A stretch of 45,957 nucleotides of DNA from Bacteroidales bacterium UBA1064 (GTDB lineage Bacteria; Bacteroidota; Bacteroidia; Bacteroidales; Tenuifilaceae), in contig DCDD01000204.1 in assembly GCA_002316235.1 (NCBI GenBank), forward strand, positions 1 to 45,957, written 5' to 3'. Every line of letters begins with the position of its first letter. Within the stretch, counting starts at the first letter, position 1. This document shows positions 19,733 to 28,337 of the stretch, in pieces. Both the position numbers and the translations under genes were made by a program. Below the pieces are notes generated by a model that did not search any database, was not told the origin of the DNA, and saw only the letters and a list, made by a program, of their open reading frames with translations.

Positions 19733-20464
19733 ATGAGCAGCACCAACTTAATCACGCTGAATGAAATAAAAAAATTCTACCAGGTTGGTAGTGTTACGGT
19801 GAAGGCGCTAAAGGGCATAAATTTAACAATTGACCAAAACGAGTATGTGGCCATTATGGGGCCTTCGGGGTCTGGAAAATCAACCCTGATGAACATCCTC
19901 GGGTGTCTTGATACCCCAACCGATGGGACCTACATACTAAATGGAACCGACGTAAGCCGCCTTAGCGACGACGAGCTTGCCGATATTCGCAACAAGGAGA
20001 TCGGTTTTGTTTTTCAGACCTTCAACCTGTTGCCCCGCTACACCTCTCTCGATAATGTTATTCTACCCCTTATTTACGCTGGAGTGCCAAAGCACGAACG
20101 TGTTGAGAAGGCTAAGCAGGTGCTTTACAACGTTGGGTTGGGGGATAGAATGGAGCATAAGCCCAACGAGTTATCTGGTGGGCAGCGTCAGCGGGTGGCA
20201 GTTGCCCGGGCGCTTGTTAACAACCCGTCCATCATTCTGGCCGATGAACCTACCGGCAACCTCGACTCCAAAACCTCCATAGACATCATGAACCTCTTTG
20301 AGGATATCTACTCGCAGGGTAATACCATAATTATTGTTACACATGAGGAGGACATTGCCCGTCATGCCCGCCGGATTGTGAGAATTCTTGACGGAATGAT
20401 TGAGTCAGATGAGGTCAACCCCCATCCAACCCTGAGGCAAAAGGTTGTCCTTACAGAGCAGTAG
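19733..20464 (+). CDS. ABC transporter ATP-binding protein (MacB/LolD-type ATPase), no permease gene adjacent
   Basis: Walker A (GPSGSGKST), Q-loop, ABC signature ([15 protein letters not shown]), Walker B ([11 protein letters not shown]) and H-loop (VTHE) are all present. Confidence 0.9.
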   Translation: MSSTNLITLNEIKKFYQVGSVTVKALKGINLTIDQNEYVAIMGPSGSGKSTLMNILGCLDTPTDGTYILNGTDVSRLSDDELADIRNKEIGFVFQTFNLLPRYTSLDNVILPLIYAGVPKHERVEKAKQVLYNVGLGDRMEHKPNELSGGQRQRVAVARALVNNPSIILADEPTGNLDSKTSIDIMNLFEDIYSQGNTIIIVTHEEDIARHARRIVRILDGMIESDEVNPHPTLRQKVVLTEQ

Positions 20465-20514
20465 CACAACATTCAACACTCCATGTTATAGCTAAATTCC
20501 CTGGACAGTCCTTT

Positions 20515-20558
20515 AATGCTGAACTCCTTTCATCAACCGATGAAAGGAGTTCAGCATT
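20515..20558. terminator. bidirectional hairpin terminator between convergent genes
   Basis: Perfect 20-bp stem, aatgctgaactcctttcatc (20515-20534) with gatgaaaggagttcagcatt (20539-20558), around the 4-nt loop aacc. It lies between the stops at 20464 (+) and 20601 (-). Confidence 0.85.
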
Positions 20559-20600
20559 CTTGAGCCTTAAAGGATCGAGTTTGACTTCAACGTAACTTCC

Positions 20601-22688
20601 CTACTTAAGCCACCTGTCAAGCCAGCTTCTAAATTCCCTCTGCCAGAGTATTCCATTTTGAGGTTTTAGCACCCAGTGGTTCTCATCGGGGAAAAATATG
20701 AACTTGCTTGGAACGCCAAGTATTTGCGCAGCGTTGAATGCAGCCATTCCTTGTGTGTAGGGAATTCTGAAGTCGTTACCGCCGCTGATGATTAAAATTG
20801 GCGTATCCCAGCTTGTTACAAAGTTATGGGGGCTTTGTGCGTAGCTCTTCATGGCTACGGGATTGTTCTTTTCCCATGGTGCTCCGCCCATTTCCCATGT
20901 GTCAAAGAACATCTCCTCGGTGGTGAGGTACTCCATTTCGGAATGAAAAACACCGCAGTGGGCAATAAACGCTTTGAAGCGCTTGTTGTGGTTGCCTGCC
21001 AGCCAGAAAACAGAGTATCCACCATAGCTGGCCCCTACTGCACCCAGGCGGTTTTCGTCAACCCAAGGCTCTTTCTTTACCTCGTCAATTGCCGATAAAA
21101 GGTCTTTCATATCCTGACCACCGTGATTCTTGCTGATTTCATCGGTCCATTTCTGTCCAAAGGTAAGCGTGCCCCTTCGGCTTGGTGCCACAACCACGTA
21201 TCCACCCGAGGCCATTATGGAAAAGTTCCAGCGGTAGCTCCAGAATTGGCTTACTGCGCTTTGTGGTCCGCCTTCGCAGTAGAGGAGTGCTGGATAACTT
21301 TTTGTGCTGTCGAAATCGGGAGGAAGAATTATCCAAGTGTGCACCAGCTTTCCATCGGTTGACTTTATCCATCTTTGCCTAACGGTGGGCATTTTTAGCT
21401 GGGAAAGCAGCTCCTGGTTGGTAAAGGAGAGTTCCACCTCTTCTCCATTTTGAGGGTTAATGGAGTATATTTCGACAGGTTTTACGATGGAAGCCTTGCT
21501 CCCTATCAACCTATCACCGGCAAGGGCAAAAGCATGATAGTCGTGCCACCCATGGGTAATTGCTACAGGTTTAGCGTCCTGCAAGGCTAACCTGTAAATC
21601 TGATAGGTTGCCTCAACTCCCGCTATAAAGTAAACCATATCTGAGCTGACATTCCAGATTACGTTTGAAACAGAGTAGTCAAAATCACGGGTTAGGTAGG
21701 AAGTTTTTTTTGTTTGAAGGTCCATTACAAGAAGTCGATCCTTATCGGCCTCAAAACCGGCTCGTTCCATGGACAACCATGCGATTTTTTCCCCATCGGG
21801 CGAAAATACGGGTTGCTTATCGTAACCCGGCAATCCTTCGGTTAAGTTTTGGGTCTTTCCATTTCTTAGATCGTAGAGGTAGATGTCGGAGTTAGTGCTG
21901 AATGCGGCCTCTTTTCCTGTAAGTTTTTTACATGTGTAGGCAATTTGATTACCATCGGGGCTCCAGGCAATATCCTCCATACCATCAAATGGTTTTAGAG
22001 GGGTATCATAGGGCTCATTCGCCATAATGTCGATGATTTTTGATAAGGATTTTCCATCGAAGTTGGCCACCATGACATGGTTAAACAGGCTGTCCTCCCA
22101 GGTGTCCCAGTGGCGATACATTAGCGTGGTGTAGATTTGCCCGCTTGATTTGGGCAGGTCGGGGTAAATATCGGCAATTGAAGCTCCCACCTTTACATCA
22201 CTTGTAAGGAGAATTTTTGAACCAGTAGGGGAGATGCTGAATCCGCTTATGTCGTTTTCAAATCCTTCAACCATGGAGGTTTTCTGGTTTTCAACATTCA
22301 TCTGCCAGATTTGCGATTTACCACTTTCGGTTGCGAGGTAGGCCAGGTTAAGGCTATCCACCCATTGCAGGTTAAACTCAGAACCGTTTGTATGGGTAAG
22401 CTGGCGCTTTCCGGTGCCGTCGGTGTTCATGATGTAGATCTCCGAGTTACCCCTATTTTGATCAATAGAGTACCAGGCGGTTGTGTATGCAACTTTCTGT
22501 CCATCGGGCGACACGGCAAATTCGCCTATTCGGCCAAACGACCAAAGAATCTCTGGAGTAAGGGTGCTATCGGTTACTACAGGTTTAACAGGCCCAACTA
22601 TAGCTTCATTATTTGGTTGCTGGGTTTTGCATGAGGCCAGTACGAGCGCTGGCAACGCTAAAGCCATTAGAATCTTTTTAGTTTGCAT
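20601..22688 (-). CDS. S9-family serine peptidase (prolyl oligopeptidase / dipeptidyl peptidase-like) with an N-terminal beta-propeller; lipoprotein
   Basis: Lipobox LVLASCK and TolB/WD40-like propeller repeats. The C-terminal alpha/beta hydrolase domain has the nucleophile elbow GASYGG, plus GGNDFRIP and ENHW for the Asp and His of the triad. Confidence 0.88.
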   Translation of the reverse strand: MQTKKILMALALPALVLASCKTQQPNNEAIVGPVKPVVTDSTLTPEILWSFGRIGEFAVSPDGQKVAYTTAWYSIDQNRGNSEIYIMNTDGTGKRQLTHTNGSEFNLQWVDSLNLAYLATESGKSQIWQMNVENQKTSMVEGFENDISGFSISPTGSKILLTSDVKVGASIADIYPDLPKSSGQIYTTLMYRHWDTWEDSLFNHVMVANFDGKSLSKIIDIMANEPYDTPLKPFDGMEDIAWSPDGNQIAYTCKKLTGKEAAFSTNSDIYLYDLRNGKTQNLTEGLPGYDKQPVFSPDGEKIAWLSMERAGFEADKDRLLVMDLQTKKTSYLTRDFDYSVSNVIWNVSSDMVYFIAGVEATYQIYRLALQDAKPVAITHGWHDYHAFALAGDRLIGSKASIVKPVEIYSINPQNGEEVELSFTNQELLSQLKMPTVRQRWIKSTDGKLVHTWIILPPDFDSTKSYPALLYCEGGPQSAVSQFWSYRWNFSIMASGGYVVVAPSRRGTLTFGQKWTDEISKNHGGQDMKDLLSAIDEVKKEPWVDENRLGAVGASYGGYSVFWLAGNHNKRFKAFIAHCGVFHSEMEYLTTEEMFFDTWEMGGAPWEKNNPVAMKSYAQSPHNFVTSWDTPILIISGGNDFRIPYTQGMAAFNAAQILGVPSKFIFFPDENHWVLKPQNGILWQREFRSWLDRWLK

Positions 22689-22752
22689 TGCTTAGCTATT
22701 TTGGTATAGTTTACTAGGTAGAATTAGCTTTCTCACAAGGTTATACACCGAT

Positions 22753-25700
22753 TTAAAGTCGAATACCCAGAATGGTTATATCGTCGCGCTGGGGTTCGCT
22801 ACCTGTAAATTCATTAAACTCCTGTAGCAAGACGGATGAAATTTCTTCCATGGGTTTCTCAATATTGGCGAGAAGGTAGGTTTGAAACCGTGCGGTGGTA
22901 AACTTGCGTTTTGAGGAGTTATTCTGATCGGTTAGCCCGTCGGTGTACATGATAATCATGTCTCCTTTGTGCATGGGAACTCTCCAGTTTGTAAATTCCA
23001 GATCCACATCAGGGAGCAGGCCGCCTATGGACTTTCTATTACCCTTAAGGGTTTGTATTCTGTTTTCAGCCTTGCTATAGCAGAAAATTGGCCTGTTAGC
23101 GCCAGCAAAAGTAACGGAAAACATATCGTTTGGCTTGCTTTCAATTAAGCAAAGGGCTATATCCATGCCGTCGAAGCTCTCGCTGACATTTTGGTGGAGT
23201 GCCACCTTGATGGAAGCGCTTAGCTCGGTGAGGATATCTGCAGGGTTGTAGATTTTTTTCTCGTTTACAATTTCGCTCAGCAGCCTGCTGCCAATTAACG
23301 ACATGAATGCTCCCGGAACCCCATGCCCGGTGCAGTCCACCACAGCAATAAAAATTTTTTCGTTTGGGTTGCTTTTAGGGCCAGCATGGGATATCCAGTA
23401 AAAATCGCCCGAGACCAGCTCCTTAGGCTTATAAATTAGGAAATGCTCAAAAATATTTCCCAGCGATTGGGATAAATCGGGAAGAATGGCCTGCTGAATG
23501 GTCTGGGCATATATAATGCTATCGTTGATGTGGCGGTTGTGTTCCTCCAGCTCATCCCGCTGGGTAAGGATTTCCTCCTTTTGCCGTTGTAGCTCGACGT
23601 TCTTTTCAATAAGGGCCTGTTCGGATTTCGAGAGCTCTAAGGTTCTTTCGTCAACCAGCTGCTGGAGTTTAATGTTTGAGTTTCTAAGCAGCTGGGTATT
23701 AATTCTGATGGATAGCCAGATAATTAGCAAAAGTGCAACTACATAGCCAGTAATTGCCCACCACTGGAGGTAGAGAGGTTTTTGAATGGTGAATTGGAAT
23801 GTTTCGGCAGGACTTTCAATGTTAAAGAGGTTTTTTGCCTTAACGTTGAACTGGTATGTGCCAAAGGGCAGATTGGTGTACTCCTTTCTCTGGTTGGGTT
23901 GCCAATCACTCCATGTTTTATCAAATCCTACCAGCATGTAGGAGTATAAGAGTTTTTGCTGCTGACCGAAGAACGGAGCAGAGTAGGTGAATGTTAAGGA
24001 GTTGTTTCTGTAAGGAAGTGTTGTGGATTTTACTTCGTTGTAGGGGAGGCTTGTAGGAAATGTTATCCCCTCATTCCCATCGTAGTAAACCCCGTTAAAT
24101 AGTATGTGGTCAGGACCGGCCGAAACCTGCCTAATGAGAACCCTAAATATCGGATTTTTTAAATTTCCGGCGTCCTCATCGAAACGGAAAAGCCCATCGG
24201 TACAAGCTATCCAAACAACCTTATTATTATCTTCGGGAAAAATATCGTAGAAAATAGTTTCGGGGATCGTTCTGAATTGGGCAGGTTCCCTGCGGTAAAT
24301 ATTCTTTGGATATTTAACAGCGCGCTCAAGCCATCGGTTTGCAGAAAAATTGTATGCCTCAAACCAAATGTTACCGTTTTGGTCCTGGTTAAGTATTCGT
24401 AACCCGGTTGTTCCATTGGCAAATTCCAACCCTAGGGAGGAGTCGGGTTCAAACATGTTACTCTGGTGGCTGAATTTTGAAAGTCCACACTCGGCAGAAG
24501 CTTTTACTTCTCCATCAATCATAACCACAGCAATATCGTCGTACCTTGGATTGAATGGGAGGGTGTAAAGAATAGGTTTTTCCGAGACCAGCTGGTAGGG
24601 GTTAACCATATCAACGTAGTTGATACCCTTGTACCGTTCAGAGTACCATAGGTCTCCGTTTAAATCTTCTGCCAGGGAGTAAACCTCCCCCTTAGTTCCG
24701 GTCAGCTCCCCCAAAAATTTGAACCGTCCGTTGTTTTCTGCTATTACACCGACACCTTCGCGTAACCCAACGTAGGTTATTTTCGGGTACAGCTTCGATT
24801 GGAGAAGGCAGTAGGAATGGTACTTCCCATTTTCAATTAGTGTCGCCTTTCCTCCTTCTACCTGAAAAATTCCACTTGAGGTGGTGGCAAGCAAGGCCTC
24901 ATCGCCATTCATTGTGTGTATGGTTCGCAGCTTCCATGATAAATCGGATAAACCCGTAACCTGCTCTATCCTGCCGTTGCTAAACCAGAAAATACCAACG
25001 TTGGTGGTGAAGTAGATGTGGTTTTTAAAACGGACAACCGATTGTAGAACGCCCTTAATTCCATCGTTTTCAGTCCAGCTGGTAAGCTGGGAGAAAATGG
25101 GTGTGTAGGATATCCCGTTGTTTAGTGCAATCCAAAGATTTTTTTGGTTATCCATGTATAGATACCATGCAGTATTATCCTGTAGGCCAACCGAAGTGTC
25201 AATGCGTCTGGTTATGTTGCCTGTAGTATCAATAAATACCACTCCACCGCTGTAGGTTGAAATGGCAAAGGTATTATCATCTAGTTTAAGCCCTGCATAC
25301 ACCTTGGAGGATGCGAAAAAATTATCGTCAGAAGTGGAAAATTTAACAATAGCAGGCTTTGTATATCCGGTGAAATTTGGGTCTAGAGCTTGCCTGCTGA
25401 GCAGGTAAAAGCCATCGTTTTGAGTGCAAATCAGAAAGTATTTTTGGTTGAATGGGAGTATTGCGTATATAAGCTGCGGGGCAAAGTAATCTCCTCCCGG
25501 AACTAGGCGCAGGGAGTCATTGCTCAGGTAGCAAAGCCCATAGTCGCGCTGGTGGATAAACAACACACCATCGGTAAGGTAGGAGCGGTGAAACTGTGTT
25601 TTTGGCGACCATTCCGAAACGGTTAAATCCTTGTTTAACCTGAATAGAGTAGTAAAAGATGAAAAGTAAATTGATGAATCGCTGGCGTAGAGCTGACGAA

Positions 25701-26103
25701 TCATTCCAAGGGGCTTGGCCGTTTCGGGTATATGCTGGGAAAGGGAATGGAAGCTTAGGGTATTGGTCGAATCGGCTGCAAGGTATCCAAATTCATCCTG
25801 ACCACCAACCCAAATTCTTCCGTTTTTGTCAGTATCAAGGCAGCGTGCTAGTGCTCCATTAATTGAAATATGTCGCCACTCGCTCCCATCATACTCTATA
25901 ACCCCAACGTTGTTGGCAATGTAGATTAGCCCCCGGTTATCCTGCGTTATTGCCCAGCTTTGAGCATGCCCATTATACTCCCTATGGTGAAAGTTCATCA
26001 CCGGAAACCTTCCGGTGGTCTGTGCCCAAATGGCATTAACCTGAGATATCAGAACCAGAAGCAGTATAAAACTTGTACGAAGTAAATCCCTTTTTTTTGC
26101 CAT
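22753..26103 (-). CDS. membrane sensor PP2C/SpoIIE-family protein phosphatase with a periplasmic two-component-regulator-propeller plus Y_Y_Y domain
   Basis: The ORF opens at GTG 26127, but ATG 26103 (MAKKRDLLRTSFILLLVL...) is the likelier start. A periplasmic part of about 750 aa carries repeated propeller blades and a Y_Y_Y-type domain (YSYMLVGFDKTWSDWQ...YTNLPFGTYQFNVKAKN). One TM helix follows (WWAITGYVVALLLIIWLSI), then a coiled coil. The C-terminal PP2C domain has SGDFYW, VVDCTGHGVPGAFMS, DGMDIALC, MYTDGLTDQ and DDITILGIRL. Confidence 0.85.
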   Translation of the reverse strand: MAKKRDLLRTSFILLLVLISQVNAIWAQTTGRFPVMNFHHREYNGHAQSWAITQDNRGLIYIANNVGVIEYDGSEWRHISINGALARCLDTDKNGRIWVGGQDEFGYLAADSTNTLSFHSLSQHIPETAKPLGMIRQLYASDSSIYFSSFTTLFRLNKDLTVSEWSPKTQFHRSYLTDGVLFIHQRDYGLCYLSNDSLRLVPGGDYFAPQLIYAILPFNQKYFLICTQNDGFYLLSRQALDPNFTGYTKPAIVKFSTSDDNFFASSKVYAGLKLDDNTFAISTYSGGVVFIDTTGNITRRIDTSVGLQDNTAWYLYMDNQKNLWIALNNGISYTPIFSQLTSWTENDGIKGVLQSVVRFKNHIYFTTNVGIFWFSNGRIEQVTGLSDLSWKLRTIHTMNGDEALLATTSSGIFQVEGGKATLIENGKYHSYCLLQSKLYPKITYVGLREGVGVIAENNGRFKFLGELTGTKGEVYSLAEDLNGDLWYSERYKGINYVDMVNPYQLVSEKPILYTLPFNPRYDDIAVVMIDGEVKASAECGLSKFSHQSNMFEPDSSLGLEFANGTTGLRILNQDQNGNIWFEAYNFSANRWLERAVKYPKNIYRREPAQFRTIPETIFYDIFPEDNNKVVWIACTDGLFRFDEDAGNLKNPIFRVLIRQVSAGPDHILFNGVYYDGNEGITFPTSLPYNEVKSTTLPYRNNSLTFTYSAPFFGQQQKLLYSYMLVGFDKTWSDWQPNQRKEYTNLPFGTYQFNVKAKNLFNIESPAETFQFTIQKPLYLQWWAITGYVVALLLIIWLSIRINTQLLRNSNIKLQQLVDERTLELSKSEQALIEKNVELQRQKEEILTQRDELEEHNRHINDSIIYAQTIQQAILPDLSQSLGNIFEHFLIYKPKELVSGDFYWISHAGPKSNPNEKIFIAVVDCTGHGVPGAFMSLIGSRLLSEIVNEKKIYNPADILTELSASIKVALHQNVSESFDGMDIALCLIESKPNDMFSVTFAGANRPIFCYSKAENRIQTLKGNRKSIGGLLPDVDLEFTNWRVPMHKGDMIIMYTDGLTDQNNSSKRKFTTARFQTYLLANIEKPMEEISSVLLQEFNEFTGSEPQRDDITILGIRL

Positions 26104-26141
26104 GCTTCTCCCTACTGCAAGTCCCACTTTGAATTTACTTT

Positions 26142-26149
26142 CAAATATA
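26142..26149 (-). promoter_or_regulatory. candidate -7 box (TATATTTG on the minus strand) upstream of the sensor phosphatase
   Basis: The reverse complement of caaatata matches TAnnTTTG, 38 nt upstream of ATG 26103. Confidence 0.35.
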
Positions 26150-26401
26150 TTGTTTTATTCAAATATTTTATTTAAAAATGGCGATGAGCGCTAAATATAT
26201 TTATTATAATGGATTCATGCCACCGTAACATAGTTCAAAATGAATGAGTGCATTAAGGCAACCATCCGGAAGGTTGGAAGTATTGAGGAGCGATGGTTGC
26301 ATATTACGCTTGCCACGGGTGCCATGTTTTTCCCGTGCTGGAACTTGTTTTGGCGAAGAGATGGAATGTGACAATCTGCTAAAAAACAGCGTATTGACGG
26401 C

Positions 26402-27388
26402 TTAGAAGAATTTGTACTCGTACCGGTACACAACCCTAAAGTTATAGTCGGAGTAGTAGGTGTCAACTTCGTCAACTATTCCCTTGCTATCCAGCTTGTA
26501 GTTACGGTGTGAGTAATCGGTAGCGTTATCCTCATACCATTTTTCCTCCACAATATTTCCTTGCCCATCATACTTATATGAGCTGTAGAGTAGCCTGGTA
26601 TTGTTTGGTTTGATCAGGTAGGTTTCAATGAGCTGATTTTGTCCATCGTAAACATAGCTGTAGCTTGCCCTAAGCTCGCCGGCGTAGTACTCCGACTTGG
26701 AAATGGGAAGGTTGTTGGCGTTGTAGGTAAATACGGTACGGGCGAGTTCCTTCCCATCGCCCGAGGTGTTTTTCTCGTCGAGTAGATTTCCGGCGGAGTC
26801 GTACTTTCTTTCGGTTATTTTGCTGAGGGTGCCAACGGGTTTAAATATTGAAATTTTGGTGTTGTTACCGTTATGCTCGTATATCCATTTTTCTTCTACC
26901 TGGTTGGCAGCGTTGTAGCGTATAATTTCTTTTTGCTTGCCGTTGGGAAAATAGCTGTAGGCAATACGGTAAGTGGTTCTTCCATCAAAACCAAGTTCTG
27001 AGGCTTTATTCCCATTCTTATCGTAGGTAAATACCTGTCTGAATGCCAGCTCAATTCCCTTTTGACGGTAGTCTTGGTATTGGAGGTATTCTATTTTACG
27101 GTTTTGGTTGTCGTACTTGTAGGTGTGGCGCGACGAAACGGAACCGTTTTGCTTGTAGTTGATTATTTCAACTTCATTCCCATTCTTGTCGTAGTTGGTT
27201 ACTACGGTTACGTAGCCTTTGGGGTCAACCTTGTCCTTGTTAAATTTATGAGTCCACTGTGAAACGGAGGCAATTTTGTTTTTCTGAATTTTCTCACGAC
27301 TCATGAGCTCACTCCGTGACTGGGCGAGTACGATAGTGCAGGTTGTTGCCAGACAGAGGGTTGCTAAATATCTTTTCATTATGAACAT
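26402..27388 (-). CDS. secreted protein composed almost entirely of YD (Rhs-type) repeats
   Basis: Signal peptide MKRYLATLCLATTCTIVLAQS; the start is ATG 27388 or ATG 27379. About ten repeats fit the YD consensus: TNYDKNGNEVEI, YKYDNQNRKIEY, FTYDKNGNKASE, YSYFPNGKQKEI, RKYDSAGNLLDE, FTYNANNLPISK, YVYDGQNQLIET, YKYDGQGNIVEE. There is no Rhs core or toxin tip. Confidence 0.7.
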   Translation of the reverse strand: MFIMKRYLATLCLATTCTIVLAQSRSELMSREKIQKNKIASVSQWTHKFNKDKVDPKGYVTVVTNYDKNGNEVEIINYKQNGSVSSRHTYKYDNQNRKIEYLQYQDYRQKGIELAFRQVFTYDKNGNKASELGFDGRTTYRIAYSYFPNGKQKEIIRYNAANQVEEKWIYEHNGNNTKISIFKPVGTLSKITERKYDSAGNLLDEKNTSGDGKELARTVFTYNANNLPISKSEYYAGELRASYSYVYDGQNQLIETYLIKPNNTRLLYSSYKYDGQGNIVEEKWYEDNATDYSHRNYKLDSKGIVDEVDTYYSDYNFRVVYRYEYKFF

Positions 27389-27607
27389 TATTGAGTCAAA
27401 AGGACTAAAATTTTGGGAAAGGATACCAGCTTAAAAAGAAGTCAGTTAAGGTAAGTAAGTAATTTTCCACAAAGATATTCAAAAATTTATCAATTTTCAT
27501 ACCGAAGTTTTATACCGATGGTTATCCCGTGCAGGTTGAGCAAGAATTTTGATGTCGTAATCGGCCTACCGGATTACGGTTATGATAAGCTACTGCAAAG
27601 GGTTGGT

Positions 27608-28195
27608 TTATAGGTTTTCGTCGTTGTCGTCCTCATCAATTTCAATGGGGATGGTTACGGCCAGGATAAAGAAGTGGCGGTTATTCTCATATGGGACAAA
27701 GTGGTAGTATAGCTTTCGCTTTGATTTGCGGGCAATGTCAATTAGACCTAATCCAGCGCCCCCTTTTTCGGTAAGCTCACCGCCAATCATTTGTTGAAGA
27801 AATAAACTTTTAAGCTCGGTGGGGGAAGCGTTGTTTAGGCTGATAAGGCGTTCCTCCAGGGGTGCCATTTTGTCGTTCCGAATTAGGTTCCCCGTTACAA
27901 TGAAAAAAGAATCCTTTTCCCTTCCTACCACAAACAACCCGTTTCCTATTTGCCTTTCCTTTTCGTCATAGTCGTCGGAGTGCTTGGTGATGTTTTGAAG
28001 ACATTCTATCATGATGTGGAAAACCCGCTTACGTATTGACGTGGGGACATCCATATCGGAGATTTTACGGTTGGCCATAAAGGCAAACGAACGCATAATC
28101 TGGTGGTTCATCTCACCCTTATATATAAGGGGAAAACCACTAGAGGCAATTTCGCTTGCCAGGGTAGATTTTATGAAATAAATGATGTTATCCAT
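27608..28195 (-). CDS. GHKL/HATPase-like small protein kinase (SiaB / RsbW-SpoIIAB-like, DUF6272-like)
   Basis: 195 aa with an N-box-like IECLQNITKHSD and a G-box-like GGAGLGLIDIARKS, as in anti-sigma-factor-type serine kinases. The acidic tail is DEDDNDENL. Confidence 0.55.
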   Translation of the reverse strand: MDNIIYFIKSTLASEIASSGFPLIYKGEMNHQIMRSFAFMANRKISDMDVPTSIRKRVFHIMIECLQNITKHSDDYDEKERQIGNGLFVVGREKDSFFIVTGNLIRNDKMAPLEERLISLNNASPTELKSLFLQQMIGGELTEKGGAGLGLIDIARKSKRKLYYHFVPYENNRHFFILAVTIPIEIDEDDNDENL

Positions 28196-28250
28196 TCAGG
28201 AAAATGAAGGTTGAAGATATGAAATTTCTTCATTTCAATTCATCTCTTGG

Positions 28251-28270
28251 TAGGTAAATATAGGTAAATA
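28251..28270. repeat. perfect tandem duplication of the 10-mer TAGGTAAATA
   Basis: taggtaaata occurs at 28251-28260 and again at 28261-28270. This is the spacer upstream of the kinase-like gene. On the minus strand it reads TATTTACCTATATTTACCTA, a near -7 box. Confidence 0.9.
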
Positions 28271-28308
28271 ATTTATGAATACTATAAATTATTGGATAAA
28301 ACGCTCAT

Positions 28309-28337
28309 TTTATCCAACGAAAAATTTATCCAACGAA
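28309..28337. repeat. 13-nt direct repeat TTTATCCAACGAA duplicating the 3' end of manA
   Basis: Copies lie at 28309-28321 and 28325-28337, period 16. The second copy contains the manA stop and its last four codons (minus strand: ttc gtt gga taa). Confidence 0.9.
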
